Source: a virus. Taken from it: a stretch of DNA of 26,066 nt. The number at the start of each line of letters is the position of its first letter. Within the stretch, counting starts at the first letter, position 1. Below the pieces are notes generated by a model, which was given only the letters and a program-made list of their open reading frames with translations, had not been told where the DNA came from and did not search any database. Below, piece by piece: positions 1-8,134 of this stretch. The translations under genes were made by a program, and so were the position numbers. The DNA lies in the IMG/VR virus record IMGVR_UViG_3300027751_001020, positions 1-26,066 of that record; one strand, given 5' to 3'.

Positions 1-126
1 CCAGCTAGCACACCAAACAGTACACCAGCTTCAACACCTAATAGCACACCAGCTTCAACACCTAATAGCACACCAGCTAGCACACCAGCTAGCACACCAG
101 CTAGCACACCAGCTAGCACACCAGCT
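1..126. repeat. 12-bp coding tandem repeat (PAST/PNST units)
   Basis: CCAGCTAGCACA occurs as four perfect copies at 73-120 and one at 1-12. Variant units CCAAACAGTACA, CCAGCTTCAACA and CCTAATAGCACA occupy 13-72. Confidence 0.95.
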
Positions 127-954
127 CCGGCACCTTCTAGTACCCCTACCGGAACACCAACTAGTACACCAGCATCAACTCCTAATAGCACACCTACTAG
201 TACAGCTACCTTAACTCCTACACCTACTAGTACACCAATACCTCCTACACCAACTCCTACAAACACACCTAGCAACACACCTATTAGTACACCAGTATTT
301 AAACTCTGGTATAATATTCAAGGCGGTACAAGTCTAAACGGTCTAAACGTATCTTTTAGTACTTTTGAGGAAATACAAGACTTCATGTGTAACCGATCAG
401 ATGATCCAGGATTTGCTGACGGAAATACTTTCAACTATTATACCTCAAACAGAGATTCTGAACCAGTTAATGGAAGTATACTATACCATGAATTTGACGG
501 TAGTGTAGTAGACAACGCAAGAAGGGTATATGCACCATCCGATTTAATTGAACAGGCAGATACTGGATTGAAAGATTGGATACTAGTAACAACAGACGCT
601 AACGGAGTAATAACTACTACAACTCTAGGTCCTTGCCCTACACCGACACCGACACCAACTCAAACCCCAACTCCTACTCCTACTCCTGCTGTTAGTTACG
701 GATTAGTGTACGGACCTTTCACAACTAACGGAAGCTGGACAGATCCTTGTGGTAGTACAAGTACCTATAGTGGTACCTATATAACTGGAACTAACAATCC
801 TAATAATGTACACTCGGTAGAAAACTTCTTGATACGTAACAATGATGGCTCATTTAGTCCATTCCCAGCATCTAGATACTTTATAGGAACCTCCGGTAAT
901 TGGGCGTATTGGGATCATACGTTACAACAGGTTACTTCAACAGGTACTTGTTAA
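1..954 (+). CDS. Pro/Ser/Thr-rich repeat protein, probable virion surface or fibre protein (5' partial)
   Basis: Frame 1 is open from base 1 (PASTPNSTPAST...) into the listed 385..954 ORF, so the true start lies upstream of the window. Mucin-like linkers separate two small Cys-terminated domains (...VITTTTLGPC, ...QQVTSTGTC). Confidence 0.7.
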   Translation, partial: PASTPNSTPASTPNSTPASTPNSTPASTPASTPASTPASTPAPAPSSTPTGTPTSTPASTPNSTPTSTATLTPTPTSTPIPPTPTPTNTPSNTPISTPVFKLWYNIQGGTSLNGLNVSFSTFEEIQDFMCNRSDDPGFADGNTFNYYTSNRDSEPVNGSILYHEFDGSVVDNARRVYAPSDLIEQADTGLKDWILVTTDANGVITTTTLGPCPTPTPTPTQTPTPTPTPAVSYGLVYGPFTTNGSWTDPCGSTSTYSGTYITGTNNPNNVHSVENFLIRNNDGSFSPFPASRYFIGTSGNWAYWDHTLQQVTSTGTC

Positions 955-969
955 ATAAGAATACTATAT

Positions 970-1224
970 ATGAACAGACCTTACATAGAAGAATTAAAAG
1001 ATGGTTATATTATTAGAGAGTTCTCTGATAAGACTTCTTCTATGGAATTTGTTTGGCATAGAGATAGAGAAGATAGAGTTATAGAACCTCTTCACAAAAC
1101 TGATTGGAAATTTCAACTAGATAACGAAATACCAAAGGAATTAAATCGTATATTTATAAAGGCAGGAACCTATCATAGATTAATAAAAGGTACTGGCAGT
1201 TTAACATTAAAAATTAAAGAATAG
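970..1224 (+). CDS. small cupin-like conserved phage protein
   Basis: 84 aa with WHRDREDR...WKFQLDN...IFIKAGTYHRLIKG, matching the two-motif cupin arrangement with His ligands. Confidence 0.6.
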   Translation: MNRPYIEELKDGYIIREFSDKTSSMEFVWHRDREDRVIEPLHKTDWKFQLDNEIPKELNRIFIKAGTYHRLIKGTGSLTLKIKE

Positions 1225-1358
1225 TGGCTAAAGTTATTTCAACCGGAGGAGTGTTTCAAAAAAGTAAAACATCTCGTCCCGGAGTTCATTCAAAATCAAA
1301 AACATCAAAGCTAAAAAGTTCTAAACTTTATAAGAAGCTTTCTAAAGGACAAGGATAA
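1224..1358 (+). CDS. small basic Lys/Ser-rich protein, 44 aa (missing from ORF track)
   Basis: GTG start overlaps the previous stop, and the TAA overlaps the next ATG (TAATG). Translation: MAKVISTGGVFQKSKTSRPGVHSKSKTSKLKSSKLYKKLSKGQG. It fills the gap exactly. Confidence 0.8.
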   Translation: MAKVISTGGVFQKSKTSRPGVHSKSKTSKLKSSKLYKKLSKGQG

Positions 1359-1882
1359 TGAAACTTATTAACGTATTACTTCAAGAAGAGACATCAGGAA
1401 ATAGACTGGCTATGGGAATTAATAGTGCCATAGAAGCTATTGACCCAAATCTTAACTATACAGATTTTGCTCAAGCAGTAGCCGAAGTAATTAAAGATGA
1501 ATACGGTACCCATATCATCGAACCTTTTATGAAAGAATTACATTCTCATTTAGGGTTACAAGAAGGTTCTAACGGAGTTACTAACGTAAAAGAATTAGAA
1601 GTTAATTTTCAAAAAGAACTTGACCAAAACTTTAGTGAATATGATCCTCGTATTTCAATGGGGGAATATACTAAAGACAGAGAAGAAGGAGACCCATTAA
1701 AAGGAAAAGGATTCGGTAAACTTTCATTCATGGTAAGACAAGAACTACCTGATGAAGATTTTGATAAAGCTAAAAAGTGGATTGAATCTAAAGGATATAA
1801 AGTTACAGATGCTTCAAATTGGGCAGAAGATGACGACGACAGAAGATACTACCCTGGTATTAAATTTGAATTAGACTTATAA
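1358..1882 (+). CDS. hypothetical protein with leader motif; possible two-module internal head protein
   Basis: Starts MKLINVLLQEE; an internal GLQEG site separates two segments. Confidence 0.6.
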   Translation: MKLINVLLQEETSGNRLAMGINSAIEAIDPNLNYTDFAQAVAEVIKDEYGTHIIEPFMKELHSHLGLQEGSNGVTNVKELEVNFQKELDQNFSEYDPRISMGEYTKDREEGDPLKGKGFGKLSFMVRQELPDEDFDKAKKWIESKGYKVTDASNWAEDDDDRRYYPGIKFELDL

Positions 1883-1883
1883 A

Positions 1884-2315
1884 ATGAAACTAGCCAGAAT
1901 ACTACTATCAGAAATATTACAATCTACTCCAGAATTTGATAGGGAGATAGATAAGATAGTAGATATGGGCGGAACACACCTTGGTGCTGGAGATTACGGT
2001 TCTGCGTACCTATTAAACGGAAAAGCAGTTAAGGTAACTACTGATGAGGTAGAATTAGAACACGCACAGATACTTAAAGGTAAGAAGACTAACAATTTTG
2101 TTTACATATACGACGTAAAGGTATTAAATCCTAAACTCGGTATTATAGAAATGGAGGTTTTAGGTAGATTCAAAGGAGAAGTTCCTGATGAATTTAAAGA
2201 TGCTACTGAAGCAGAAGCTGAAAGATTCGGTATAGACCCAGACGAATTAGATTTCGTTGGTGATAACGTAATGGTTCACCCAAAGTCCGGTAAACTAAAA
2301 ATGATTGACGTTTAG
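1884..2315 (+). CDS. minimal protein-kinase-like (PKL fold) protein
   Basis: LGAGDYGSAY (Gly loop), AVKVT (Lys), EVELE (alphaC Glu), IEMEVL (hinge), DFVGDNVM (catalytic DxxxxN) and KMIDV (DFG equivalent) in canonical order. Confidence 0.75.
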   Translation: MKLARILLSEILQSTPEFDREIDKIVDMGGTHLGAGDYGSAYLLNGKAVKVTTDEVELEHAQILKGKKTNNFVYIYDVKVLNPKLGIIEMEVLGRFKGEVPDEFKDATEAEAERFGIDPDELDFVGDNVMVHPKSGKLKMIDV

Positions 2316-2346
2316 TTGGTAGTTTAAATAATAGTTCTTATCTTAG
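2316..2346 (+). promoter_or_regulatory. Bacteroidota sigma70-like promoter upstream of primase
   Basis: TTG (2316-2318), a 20-nt spacer, then TATCTTAG (2339-2346). This is one mismatch from the Bacteroidota -7 consensus TAnnTTTG and lies in an intergenic gap. Confidence 0.5.
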
Positions 2347-2367
2347 TATATAAGTTACGGACGAATT

Positions 2368-3291
2368 ATGGACTATACATTTTTATTAGGATCCATTGAG
2401 AATTTATTAGGGAAGAGTAATAAGAGAGCTAGAGATAACTACGCTTTCCATTGCCCATTTTGCAATCACCGCAAACCTAAGTTAGAGATCAATATGGCTA
2501 CCAACGAGGAAGGTAAGAACTTCTGGGAATGTTGGGTATGTCAAACTCGTGGAACTACAATCCGTTCCTTACTCAAACAATTAAAAACACCAAGAGACCA
2601 AGCACAAGAAGTATTAAAGTACCTACCTAAAGGTACCTATATAGAGTATAATAAAGTCAAAGCAGTAGAATTACCTGCCGAATTTCAACCTCTATATAGT
2701 GCTTCGAGAACCTCAGTAGTAGCTAATCAAGTAAGAAAGTATTTATATGACAGAGGACTTACCGATAATGATTTTATTAAATATGGTATTGGATACGCAA
2801 CAAATGGACTCTTTGGGGGACGAATTATTTTTCCAAGTTATACTGGATCGGGACAACTCAATTTTTTTGTTGCAAGAAGCTTTGACGGTAACTACTATAA
2901 GTACAAAAATCCCGAAGCCTCCAAAGACATAATATTCTACGAAAATTTAATAAACTGGAATGCACCTATTATTTTATGTGAAGGTGTATTTGATGCAATA
3001 GCAATACGAAGAAACGCTATACCAATTTTAGGTAAAGCAATTTCAGACTCCCTATATAAAAAAATATTAACCAGCCCAACTAATGATATCTACATCGCAC
3101 TAGATACCGATGCAAGAAAAGCTGCAATAAAGATAGCAGAACAATTTTTAAACCTTGGTAAAAGAGTTTACTTTGTAGATCTTAAACAAAAAGATCCAAG
3201 TGAAATGGGCTTTAGAGCTTTTACCGAGTTAGTACAATCAGCAGAAGAATTAGACTTAAGTAGTCTAATGATGCACAAATTAGACCTATGA
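2368..3291 (+). CDS. DNA primase (DnaG-type, Zn finger plus TOPRIM)
   Basis: CPFC...CWVC zinc finger, RIIFP, FFVARS, KYKNP, TOPRIM motifs LCEGVFDA and IALDTD, and KDPSE. Confidence 0.93.
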   Translation: MDYTFLLGSIENLLGKSNKRARDNYAFHCPFCNHRKPKLEINMATNEEGKNFWECWVCQTRGTTIRSLLKQLKTPRDQAQEVLKYLPKGTYIEYNKVKAVELPAEFQPLYSASRTSVVANQVRKYLYDRGLTDNDFIKYGIGYATNGLFGGRIIFPSYTGSGQLNFFVARSFDGNYYKYKNPEASKDIIFYENLINWNAPIILCEGVFDAIAIRRNAIPILGKAISDSLYKKILTSPTNDIYIALDTDARKAAIKIAEQFLNLGKRVYFVDLKQKDPSEMGFRAFTELVQSAEELDLSSLMMHKLDL

Positions 3292-4070
3292 TAAGACAAG
3301 GTACAAACATTTTAAAAGAGAATGCAAAAGACAGGTTAGATTACAACCCTGAATTAAAACAGATTAACTTTTTAGATAGAAGAGTTTACAAGAGAGGCGA
3401 AGGAGTATATTACCCGTCCGTAACTACTATACTCCAGTATATGCCCAAGAATAAGTTTTTCGACAACTGGTTGAAAGATGTTGGGCATAATGCCGATCTT
3501 ATTTTAAGAAAAGCAGGTAAAGAAGGAACTCAAGTACATGAAGCAGCTGAAAAGCTAGTTTTAGGAGAAGAGATTTCTTGGATGGATGATTACGGTAACG
3601 CTAAATATTCTCAAGTAGTATGGGAAATGATTTTAAAGTTTGCCGACTTTTGGAAAACCCATAAACCAGAGCTTATATCAACCGAACAATTTGTCTGGTC
3701 AGACGAACATAAGTATGCCGGTACAGCAGACTTAGTTGTAAAAATGGACGGAGAAATTTGGTTATTAGATATAAAGACATCTAATTCACTTCATAGAGCA
3801 TATGACTTACAGTTAGCTGCTTATGCAAAAGGTATGGAAGAAGTAAGAGGACAGAAGATCGAGAGAACAGGAATTATCTGGTTAAAAGCCAATTCAAGAT
3901 CTAAATCTAAGAAGAAAGGCGTATACCAGGGTAAAGGATGGCAAATTAAAGTCATAGATGAGATAGAAAAAAATTTCGACTTATTTCAGACAATATACAA
4001 ACTTTATAAATTAGATAACCCTACAACTGAGCCTATTTACCAGTCATATCCAACAACCATAAAAATTTAA
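3288..4070 (+). CDS. PD-(D/E)XK (RecB/Cas4-like) exonuclease
   Basis: YPSVTTIL, GTQVH, YAGTADL, LLDIKTS and QLAAY motifs. Confidence 0.88.
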   Translation: MIRQGTNILKENAKDRLDYNPELKQINFLDRRVYKRGEGVYYPSVTTILQYMPKNKFFDNWLKDVGHNADLILRKAGKEGTQVHEAAEKLVLGEEISWMDDYGNAKYSQVVWEMILKFADFWKTHKPELISTEQFVWSDEHKYAGTADLVVKMDGEIWLLDIKTSNSLHRAYDLQLAAYAKGMEEVRGQKIERTGIIWLKANSRSKSKKKGVYQGKGWQIKVIDEIEKNFDLFQTIYKLYKLDNPTTEPIYQSYPTTIKI

Positions 4071-4071
4071 C

Positions 4072-4079
4072 TATTTATA
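4072..4079 (+). promoter_or_regulatory. TATTTATA putative late promoter
   Basis: Exact intergenic motif 10 nt before ATG 4090; it recurs in other gaps. Confidence 0.6.
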
Positions 4080-4089
4080 ATAAACTATT

Positions 4090-4713
4090 ATGAAAAAAGC
4101 TTGTATATTAACGGTATTATTCTTATCTTTAGTAAGCTGTAATTCATTGCAGTTTAGGTTAGCTACGTTAAACCATGTCTCTTCTAGAGCTAGTTTAAAT
4201 CAAATCCAACAGCCAAGAGTAAACGTATTTACAAATTATTATGACTTTAATTACAATACTTTTTTATTTAGAAACGGTTACTACTGGAACAGTTGGAACT
4301 ACGACTACAATTGGAGATATCCCCAATATAGTGGATGGTATAACGGTTGGAGTTTCAATATTACTCCTAGGATTTATAGGCCGTATGTTAGACCGCTGGT
4401 TCAACCGTTACCAAGGCCTAGAATTAGAAGACAACAACCAAGACCAAGAACAAGAGTAAATAATATATTAACAAATGATCAAATTAACGGACTTAATATT
4501 AGAAGCCAAGGACCAACCCAAAGCCGTAATAATGGCGGGAGGAGCAGGAGCAGGGAAGTCTTATCTACTCAACCAGTTAGATCTAAGAGGGATCCAGTCA
4601 TTCAATCCGGACAACTACGTAGAGGATCCCAACCACCCAGGGTACAAAAATCTATCAAAAGCAACAGCACAGACCAATCAAGACGTAGCTCAGGCAATAG
4701 ACAGCAGGAGTAG
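4090..4713 (+). CDS. putative lipoprotein (Tyr/Trp/Asn-rich core, Arg/Ser/Gln-rich tail)
   Basis: Signal peptide II MKKACILTVLFLSLVS-C17 and a promoter-like motif upstream. The 3' 239 nt overlap the next gene. Confidence 0.7.
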   Translation: MKKACILTVLFLSLVSCNSLQFRLATLNHVSSRASLNQIQQPRVNVFTNYYDFNYNTFLFRNGYYWNSWNYDYNWRYPQYSGWYNGWSFNITPRIYRPYVRPLVQPLPRPRIRRQQPRPRTRVNNILTNDQINGLNIRSQGPTQSRNNGGRSRSREVLSTQPVRSKRDPVIQSGQLRRGSQPPRVQKSIKSNSTDQSRRSSGNRQQE

Positions 4714-5404
4714 TTTTGTTTGGGATACTACCGCTTCTAATCCTGCTAAAGTAAAAGAATTATTAGCAGCAGGATATGATGTATACATGGTTATGGTCTA
4801 CACTCATCCTATGATTTCTTATATTTCTAATTTTAAAAGAGAAAGAAACATACCCGGTGCTGCTGTATTTCAGACCTGGAGAAATGTATATCAGTTAATT
4901 GCCGATTATAACAAAATGTTAAAAGGCAACCTTTCTATTTTTGTTAATGATAGAGGAGGAGAATATGATCAGGAAGTAAAAGGCTTTAATGTTGCTGCTA
5001 AAAATGGAGCAGAGGGAATAGCAGATTACTTACAGGCATATAATAAAAAGAACGATGTAGGAGCATCTACATTTAGAAAACCTATCGAACTTGCACAAGA
5101 TCAAGAACAAGAGTTTCTAAAAGATACTCAAGGGATGGATTGGGATAAAGAGTCGTACGGTGAAGATAGAGCTATAAAAGATACCTGGTTAAAAGCATAC
5201 GAAAAGAACGGAGTAGGACCAGGAGCTGATAAATTAAAAGCTGCTATTGTAAAATATAGAGACAATAAAGATAAACAGAATCAAAGAGAGAAAGAAGTAT
5301 TAGATAATATTGCAGATATGGTATATAGCCCAGTCTTCCAAGAATTACTTAAACATTCTACTTCAGCAGAAATAGATTCTAATGTACAAAACTTCTTAGC
5401 ATAA
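4475..5404 (+). CDS. zeta-toxin-like P-loop kinase
   Basis: Walker A AGGAGAGKS, FNPD, SFVWDTT and GYDVYMVMVYT...NFKRER, a layout typical of zeta/AAA_33 kinases. Leader MIKLTDLILEA. Confidence 0.8.
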   Translation: MIKLTDLILEAKDQPKAVIMAGGAGAGKSYLLNQLDLRGIQSFNPDNYVEDPNHPGYKNLSKATAQTNQDVAQAIDSRSSFVWDTTASNPAKVKELLAAGYDVYMVMVYTHPMISYISNFKRERNIPGAAVFQTWRNVYQLIADYNKMLKGNLSIFVNDRGGEYDQEVKGFNVAAKNGAEGIADYLQAYNKKNDVGASTFRKPIELAQDQEQEFLKDTQGMDWDKESYGEDRAIKDTWLKAYEKNGVGPGADKLKAAIVKYRDNKDKQNQREKEVLDNIADMVYSPVFQELLKHSTSAEIDSNVQNFLA

Positions 5405-6618
5405 TGAGATCAGTTCTATATTCAGGAGCTTTCAAACCACCCCATAGAGGACATTTTGAAGTTGTAAAAAGACTTTTAAATAATACTCATGGTGGCCAAC
5501 CTTATGATATAGACTCTCATAAAGAAGCAGGAGCTTCAGCCTTATCAGGAAAAGATTCAAAAGTAGACCAAATAGATAAGGTATACATTTTTATTGGAGG
5601 AGGAGAAAGAAATGGTCTCACCAAAGAAGAGTCAATGGCTGTTTGGAAGATATATGCAAAGTATTTACCCGGAGTCGAAATATTAGATGGCCAAAAAAAT
5701 CCAATGTTTGCAGCAAAAGACTTCGCTAAAGAACATCCTGAACAGCAATTTTATGCCGTAACAGGGGTTAGAGGAGAAGAAGATTTTGTAGATTTAAGAA
5801 GAGTTACGGTATATAAGAACACAGAAAATGTAGATGGACTTGTTATGGCAGCAAACGCTGACAGTAAAGTTAGAGCTACAGATTTTAGAAACGCAATACT
5901 ATCAGGAAACCTAGACATGATAGTTGATTTCTTCCCTGCTGAATTAAAGAGAGAAGAAATACTTAAAATAGTAAACATGTTAAAACAAAGTATTATAGCC
6001 GAAATGATGGGTGAGGATATGGACAAACTGATGGATAGTTGGTTTATAACCGAAGAAGTAAAAGAAGGTTCAAGCGGCTCCCCAACAGCCCCACAGTCTA
6101 TAGTTAGATCAGATGATAGAGCCAAACTAAATAGAGTGTATGATGAATTATCTCAAATTCTAGACAAAGAGGAATTCAGCGTTACTTTCCAAAATGACCA
6201 CGTAAGAGTGGCAGTAAATGGACCGGCGGATAAACATAACTTTGATTTTACACCGTATATGGGTTCAATCCTAGAGTACATGTTAGATCAAAAAATGAAT
6301 ATTACTCCGTTACCGGAAATTAAAATTAAAAGAGACTTAGTAGAAGCGTCAGACTTTTTTGGAAGAACAGCTTACTATGATCCTAACCTAAAAGAAATTG
6401 TACTATATACGGAAGGTAGACATCCTAAAGATGTTATGAGATCATTCACACATGAAATGATTCACCATATACAAAACCTAGAAGGAAGACTATCAGAAGT
6501 ACAGACTTCTGACACTAACGCTGATGATAATTTACTTGAGTTAGAAAAAGAAGCGTACCTTAACGGTAATATTACTTTTAGAAACTGGGAAGACAAAGTT
6601 AAAAAAGAAAACAAATAG
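5404..6618 (+). CDS. HxGH cytidylyltransferase-like domain fused to C-terminal HExxH zinc metallopeptidase-like domain
   Basis: GAFKPPHRGH at the N-terminus, VRATDFR (SxTxxR-like), and C-terminal FTHEMIHHIQ followed by LEKEAY. Confidence 0.8.
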   Translation: MRSVLYSGAFKPPHRGHFEVVKRLLNNTHGGQPYDIDSHKEAGASALSGKDSKVDQIDKVYIFIGGGERNGLTKEESMAVWKIYAKYLPGVEILDGQKNPMFAAKDFAKEHPEQQFYAVTGVRGEEDFVDLRRVTVYKNTENVDGLVMAANADSKVRATDFRNAILSGNLDMIVDFFPAELKREEILKIVNMLKQSIIAEMMGEDMDKLMDSWFITEEVKEGSSGSPTAPQSIVRSDDRAKLNRVYDELSQILDKEEFSVTFQNDHVRVAVNGPADKHNFDFTPYMGSILEYMLDQKMNITPLPEIKIKRDLVEASDFFGRTAYYDPNLKEIVLYTEGRHPKDVMRSFTHEMIHHIQNLEGRLSEVQTSDTNADDNLLELEKEAYLNGNITFRNWEDKVKKENK

Positions 6619-6623
6619 GTTAT

Positions 6624-7169
6624 ATGAAATCACTAAATGAGTTATTAGGAGAGGGGTATCCTCTCAAAGAAAAAAAAGAAGTACCGCCGTATAAAATTTA
6701 CTGCGATATGGATGGGGTATTAACAGACTTTGAAGAAAGATTTGAACACTACTCCGGTATGAAACCAAAAGAGTATGAAAACAAATTTGGTACTCCAGCC
6801 TTTTGGGAACTAATAGATGTTAAGATAGGATTAAAGTTCTGGGTAGGTATGAAATGGATGCCGCAAGGTCAGAGACTATGGGACTTTATATCTCCATACA
6901 AACCAGACCTTTTAACTTCTCCATCAAGAGATAATGGTTCAAGATTAGGAAAACAACTATGGGCTAAGAATCATTTGAACCCTAAACCAAAAGTAATAAT
7001 GGCGTATTCGGCTGATAAACAGAGATACGCAAACGAAAATAGTATATTAATAGACGACAAACCATCTAACATTGACCAATGGGCAGCCAAAGGCGGTATT
7101 GCGATTAAATGTAAAGATGGTAATGTTGATCACGTTATAGAGAAATTAAAAGAACTAGGTTATGAGTAA
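6624..7169 (+). CDS. HAD-family 5'(3')-deoxyribonucleotidase-like phosphatase
   Basis: YCDMDGVLTDF (motif I), LLTSP (II), K..W (III) and ILIDDKPSN (IV). Leader MKSLNELLGEG. Confidence 0.88.
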   Translation: MKSLNELLGEGYPLKEKKEVPPYKIYCDMDGVLTDFEERFEHYSGMKPKEYENKFGTPAFWELIDVKIGLKFWVGMKWMPQGQRLWDFISPYKPDLLTSPSRDNGSRLGKQLWAKNHLNPKPKVIMAYSADKQRYANENSILIDDKPSNIDQWAAKGGIAIKCKDGNVDHVIEKLKELGYE

Positions 7170-7740
7170 CGAAAGTTTACTTAAGAAAGAATTCAAACAA
7201 TCAGATGTACAGAGAGTAAGAAACTTAGTTAATAAGGATTTTACAGCCTCTACTAAATCTCAAACCGGTTACCAAAAAGCCCATGAAAGGCATGAGGAAG
7301 GTGATGTATGGGAGGAAAAAGGTAGACAATGGACTATAAAGAACGGACTTAAACAGAACGTTACTAGATTAGATGCAGCAAAAAAAGCTGTGAGAGTCCC
7401 ATTAAGCTGCCCTAAATGTAACGGGTCAATGAAACATCACCTAGCTCAGAAGATGTATAAGATACATGGATTCTGTTTTGAATGTACAGTAGATTATGAA
7501 GCTGAATTACAGAAAGCAGGTCTATATGAACAATATGAAAAACAAATGATGTCTGGTAATATAGCCGGTTTTATAAAAGATATTGAAGCTTGGGTATTTG
7601 AATCATTAAATGAGGATAATTCCTTTGTTACAGAAGATGGAGTTGTGGAAGACTGGGGTAAGACTAGTAGTAGTTATAAAGAAAAAATCATGAACGATTT
7701 ACAGGGTTATGTAAAACTGTTGCGTAAGCATATTGAGTGA
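7162..7740 (+). CDS. hypothetical protein with Zn ribbon
   Basis: CPKC...CFEC cysteine pairs and an EGDVWEE..RQWTIKNG motif. Confidence 0.65.
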   Translation: MSNESLLKKEFKQSDVQRVRNLVNKDFTASTKSQTGYQKAHERHEEGDVWEEKGRQWTIKNGLKQNVTRLDAAKKAVRVPLSCPKCNGSMKHHLAQKMYKIHGFCFECTVDYEAELQKAGLYEQYEKQMMSGNIAGFIKDIEAWVFESLNEDNSFVTEDGVVEDWGKTSSSYKEKIMNDLQGYVKLLRKHIE

Positions 7741-7748
7741 TATTTATA
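7741..7748 (+). promoter_or_regulatory. TATTTATA putative late promoter
   Basis: Exact motif immediately after stop 7740 and 26 nt before ATG 7775. Confidence 0.6.
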
Positions 7749-7774
7749 ACTAAAACCACCACAAGCCTACTAAC

Positions 7775-8134
7775 ATGACCCAGAAAGAAGTACTTGACGC
7801 GCTCCTGTCCGAAATCAAGCATATTAAATCTCACATGCCTAATGGTGAGTTAAAACAAATGCAAAAGGATATGGAATCATTAAAAGACGATATGTCGGAT
7901 ATGAAGTATACATTGCTTAATCCCGAAAACGGAGTTATTGTAAATACAAATAAAAACACAGATTTTCGCCTTGATAGAGAAAGGAGAATTGAATATTACG
8001 AAACTAAAATTCAACAGTTAGATAACCTAACAAGATGGCAGTCAGGAGTTAATAAAGCTCTGTGGATTGTGTTCGGTTCAATTGCAGCCATAGTAATAAG
8101 AATGTTAATGATGGCAAAAGACATCCCACTATAA
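7775..8134 (+). CDS. coiled-coil membrane protein, possibly holin/XhlA-like
   Basis: Coiled-coil N-region and a single C-terminal hydrophobic helix, ALWIVFGSIAAIVIRMLMMA. Confidence 0.45.
   Translation: MTQKEVLDALLSEIKHIKSHMPNGELKQMQKDMESLKDDMSDMKYTLLNPENGVIVNTNKNTDFRLDRERRIEYYETKIQQLDNLTRWQSGVNKALWIVFGSIAAIVIRMLMMAKDIPL

Noticed and set aside
1-300. CRISPR-like array
   Set aside because: The repeats are contiguous 12-bp in-frame coding units with no spacers.
3288-4070. Cas4 as part of a CRISPR system
   Set aside because: No Fe-S cysteine cluster, other cas genes or array; it is a standard phage exonuclease next to primase.
4101-4131. Second TTG-N20-TATCTTTA promoter-like match
   Set aside because: It lies inside the lipoprotein signal-peptide codons, which are T-rich by necessity, so it cannot be distinguished from chance.
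8062-8133. Listed upstream start of ORF 8062..8907
   Set aside because: It overlaps the membrane-protein gene. ATG 8134 is stop-coupled (TAATG) and begins with the shared leader motif.
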